This document shows, one piece after another, positions 4,370 through 5,704 of a stretch of DNA of 5,704 bases. Source of the DNA: a virus. The DNA lies in IMG/VR virus record IMGVR_UViG_3300048592_000986; one strand, written 5' to 3'. The translations under genes were made by a program, and so were the position numbers. Below the pieces are notes generated by a model. That model made no database searches and was not told where the DNA came from. It saw only the letters and a list, made by a program, of their open reading frames with translations. Position 1 is the first letter of the stretch; every line of letters begins with the position of its first letter.

Positions 4370-4597
4370 TCAGGAACTCCACAATTGACGAGCAATGACA
4401 CGAAACGCCCAAGCCGCCGCCCACAGAGCAAGGACCGCGCCGCCAATCAGCGCGCCCCCTGCCAGGTCAAGCTCAGGCAGAGCGCTTCCCTGTTCGACCC
4501 ATGACACGACGCCCCCGGCCGCCGTGCAAGTGTCGACGACTGTCGCCGGATCGCCGGGGACACTCGTCGCACCCTCGCAAGTCATGACATATGGCAT
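4370..4597 (-). CDS. 75-aa membrane protein with a coat-like C-terminal helix; candidate minor (tip) coat protein in the g7p/g9p position
   Basis: The ATG at 4597 has GGAG 8 nt upstream. The C-terminal TM (LIGGAVLALWAAAWAFRVIARQL) shares the IGGxVLxL..A..AF+ pattern with the major coat. The N-terminal 45 aa contain two Cys and no obvious signal peptide. It lies between gene V and gene VIII. Confidence 0.65.
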   Translation of the reverse strand: MPYVMTCEGATSVPGDPATVVDTCTAAGGVVSWVEQGSALPELDLAGGALIGGAVLALWAAAWAFRVIARQLWSS

Positions 4598-4687
4598 ACA
4601 GAGAGCTCCAAGACGATTCCCGCCAGGGACCGCACGGACCTACGGTCTATGACCTGGCCGCCGCCCCTGGCAGGAACCGAGGGGACA

Positions 4688-4939
4688 TTATTTCGCCGCC
4701 ACCAGACGAACGCGGGAAATTTCCAGCGACCCGTACTGATTCACAGCAAAGGACGATTCCGCGAGCGCGTACTGGCCGAGCGCGTACGGCTGCGCGCCGT
4801 CCTCCAAGCCAATGCGGAGCCGCCGATACTCGCCGTCAAGCGTCGCCCAAGCCTCCTGCTCGCGAATGCTGTACGGCCGACCCTTCGCAGACGTGCCGGA
4901 CTTCTCCGTAGTCTGCGTTGACTTCACTTCAATTTTCAT
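4688..4939 (-). CDS. gV: g5p-type single-stranded DNA-binding protein (83 aa)
   Basis: The ATG at 4939 has AGGGG 5 nt upstream and overlaps the rep stop by 11 nt. MKIEVKSTQTTEKSGTSAKGRPYSIREQEAWATLDGEYRRLRIGLEDGAQPYALGQYALAESSFAVNQYGSLEISRVRLVAAK is collinear with M13 gene V protein as recalled (..GKPYSLNEQ..GNEYP..LDEGQPAYAPGLYTVHLSSFKVGQFGSLMIDRLRLVPAK). The size is the same (M13 is 87 aa). Confidence 0.93.
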   Translation of the reverse strand: MKIEVKSTQTTEKSGTSAKGRPYSIREQEAWATLDGEYRRLRIGLEDGAQPYALGQYALAESSFAVNQYGSLEISRVRLVAAK

Positions 4940-5704
4940 ACGTACCCCTATTGATGAACACCACACAATAATGCCCGTCCGAATCACGCCCAACGTGAAA
5001 TTCGAACGGACTCCGGAAAACCGTTCCGTCTACGTCGCAGACCCACCCGAGCCGCGCAACGCGCTTCGGCACTCCAGACGGATTCGACGCCTTGTCCAAC
5101 CACACCGGCAAGCGCGAGCGCCGGACGGCATGGCGTTCGTCTAGTGCATTGCCGACGCCATAGAGTCGGGCGCCCTTCGGCACCGAATCTTCATCCACCA
5201 ACCCCCCTTTCGAAGCGTATTTGACCAGGTACCCCACCGCTCGCCGCGCCCGTTCAACCCGAGTAGAGCCGTGGTCCCACCATCCAGCCTGATCGGGTTT
5301 TGGGATTCGGACATGATGCGGAAGCCAGAACAACACGTGATAGTGAGGCACCCCTCGCCGAGTAAGCTCGAGCACCCATTGATAGCGGCAAGCAAAGCCG
5401 CGACTGTTACACCATTCCCGATAACGCTTGGTGAGCTGCGACACGTGCCGCGGTGACCATTCAACGCCTGGTCTGTAGGTCGCCGTGACCATGACAGCAG
5501 ACGGGCGCGCGCCTGCCCGTTCTGCGGAATCACGGCAAGCCTCAGCCGAAGCCACAACAACGCGCCGCAATTTGCGCAAACGACGCTGGAGGTCAAGTTC
5601 GCGATATACGTCGCGCTCGAGGCCGTGATTGGTGCGCGTACACGAGAAGGACGGGCGGTCATCGTTACTTGTTTCCTTATCGACAAGCCCAGGGCCCGGG
5701 GCGG
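4929..5704 (-). CDS. HUH-superfamily rolling-circle replication initiator (Rep), 5'-partial at the window edge; minimal in-window version is TTG 5579 (216 aa)
   Basis: Motif 1-like is VMVTATY, the HUH motif is PHYHVLFW, and the two-tyrosine motif 3 is GYLVKYASK (YxxxY, as in phiX174 A / P2 A-type Reps). It is the first gene of the operon, immediately upstream of gene V. The frame contains no stop and no ATG/GTG/TTG between 5580 and 5704. The true start is therefore either the SD-less TTG at 5579 or the GTG at 179 after circularisation (275 aa). Confidence 0.85.
   Translation of the reverse strand, partial: APGPGLVDKETSNDDRPSFSCTRTNHGLERDVYRELDLQRRLRKLRRVVVASAEACRDSAERAGARPSAVMVTATYRPGVEWSPRHVSQLTKRYREWCNSRGFACRYQWVLELTRRGVPHYHVLFWLPHHVRIPKPDQAGWWDHGSTRVERARRAVGYLVKYASKGGLVDEDSVPKGARLYGVGNALDERHAVRRSRLPVWLDKASNPSGVPKRVARLGWVCDVDGTVFRSPFEFHVGRDSDGHYCVVFINRGTYEN
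5578..5704. repeat. Right copy of the exact 127-nt terminal direct repeat (circularisation overlap)
   Basis: Identical to 1-127. It is the same physical sequence written twice. Confidence 0.97.

Larger units (their letters stand above)
1..5704 (-). mobile_element. Complete circular filamentous-phage (inovirus-like) genome, unit length 5577 nt, linearised with a 127-nt terminal overlap
   Basis: The exact 1-127 = 5578-5704 duplication implies a circle. The minus strand carries a single-orientation module of Rep, g5p-like SSB, small TM protein, g8p-like coat, g3p-like, g6p-like and Zot/pI, with coupled junctions, which is the canonical inovirus gene order. There are no host-like flanks. Confidence 0.85.

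Noticed and set aside
4647-4688. 13-aa ORF (MSPRFLPGAAARS) whose ATG overlaps the gV stop (TAATG)
   Set aside because: It is very short and not hydrophobic, unlike g7p or g9p. It lies in a structured spacer where 4622-4628 gccaggg pairs with 4665-4671 ccctggc. The TAATG overlap alone is not enough.
4031-5144. Plus-strand ORFs 4031-4504, 4395-4652, 4591-4911, 4649-4921 and 4812-5144
   Set aside because: All are antisense to the tightly packed coat, small TM protein, gV and rep genes. They are Arg/Pro/Ala-rich and have no ribosome-binding sites.
5141-5686. 181-aa minus-strand ORF overlapping rep out of frame
   Set aside because: The rep frame carries clear HUH and Tyr motifs. This alternative frame has none and reads like an overprinted shadow.

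Overview
This window is a linearised circular replicon, not a chromosomal fragment. Bases 1-127 recur exactly at 5578-5704, giving a unit length of 5577 nt; the 127-nt overlap looks like an assembly k-mer overlap. Gene content and order on the minus strand match a small, GC-rich filamentous phage (inovirus) with a class-II, Xf/Pf1-like coat. The order is: HUH rolling-circle Rep, g5p-type ssDNA-binding protein, a 75-aa membrane protein, the major coat protein, a hairpin terminator and a 20-aa micro-ORF, a large Cys-rich adsorption protein with a Gly-rich linker, a g6p-like membrane protein, an unusual coat-protein paralogue with a 60-aa acidic tail, and a Zot/pI assembly ATPase. Most junctions are translationally coupled (TAATG, TGAAATG, GTGA, an 11-nt overlap). 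An 86-aa ORF lies on the plus strand, convergent with zot, and their stop codons interlock. A non-coding region of about 335 nt (413-747) is full of dyad symmetries. It separates that ORF from a 78-aa minus-strand ORF whose stop overlaps a GTG that would extend the rep frame across the linearisation point. I see no secretin, integrase, convincing dif-like attP, tRNA, rRNA or CRISPR. The best novelty candidate is the signal-less major-coat paralogue with an acidic, Trp-rich cytoplasmic tail, encoded directly upstream of the assembly ATPase. All homology statements rest on motifs and on sequences recalled from memory. No database search was run.
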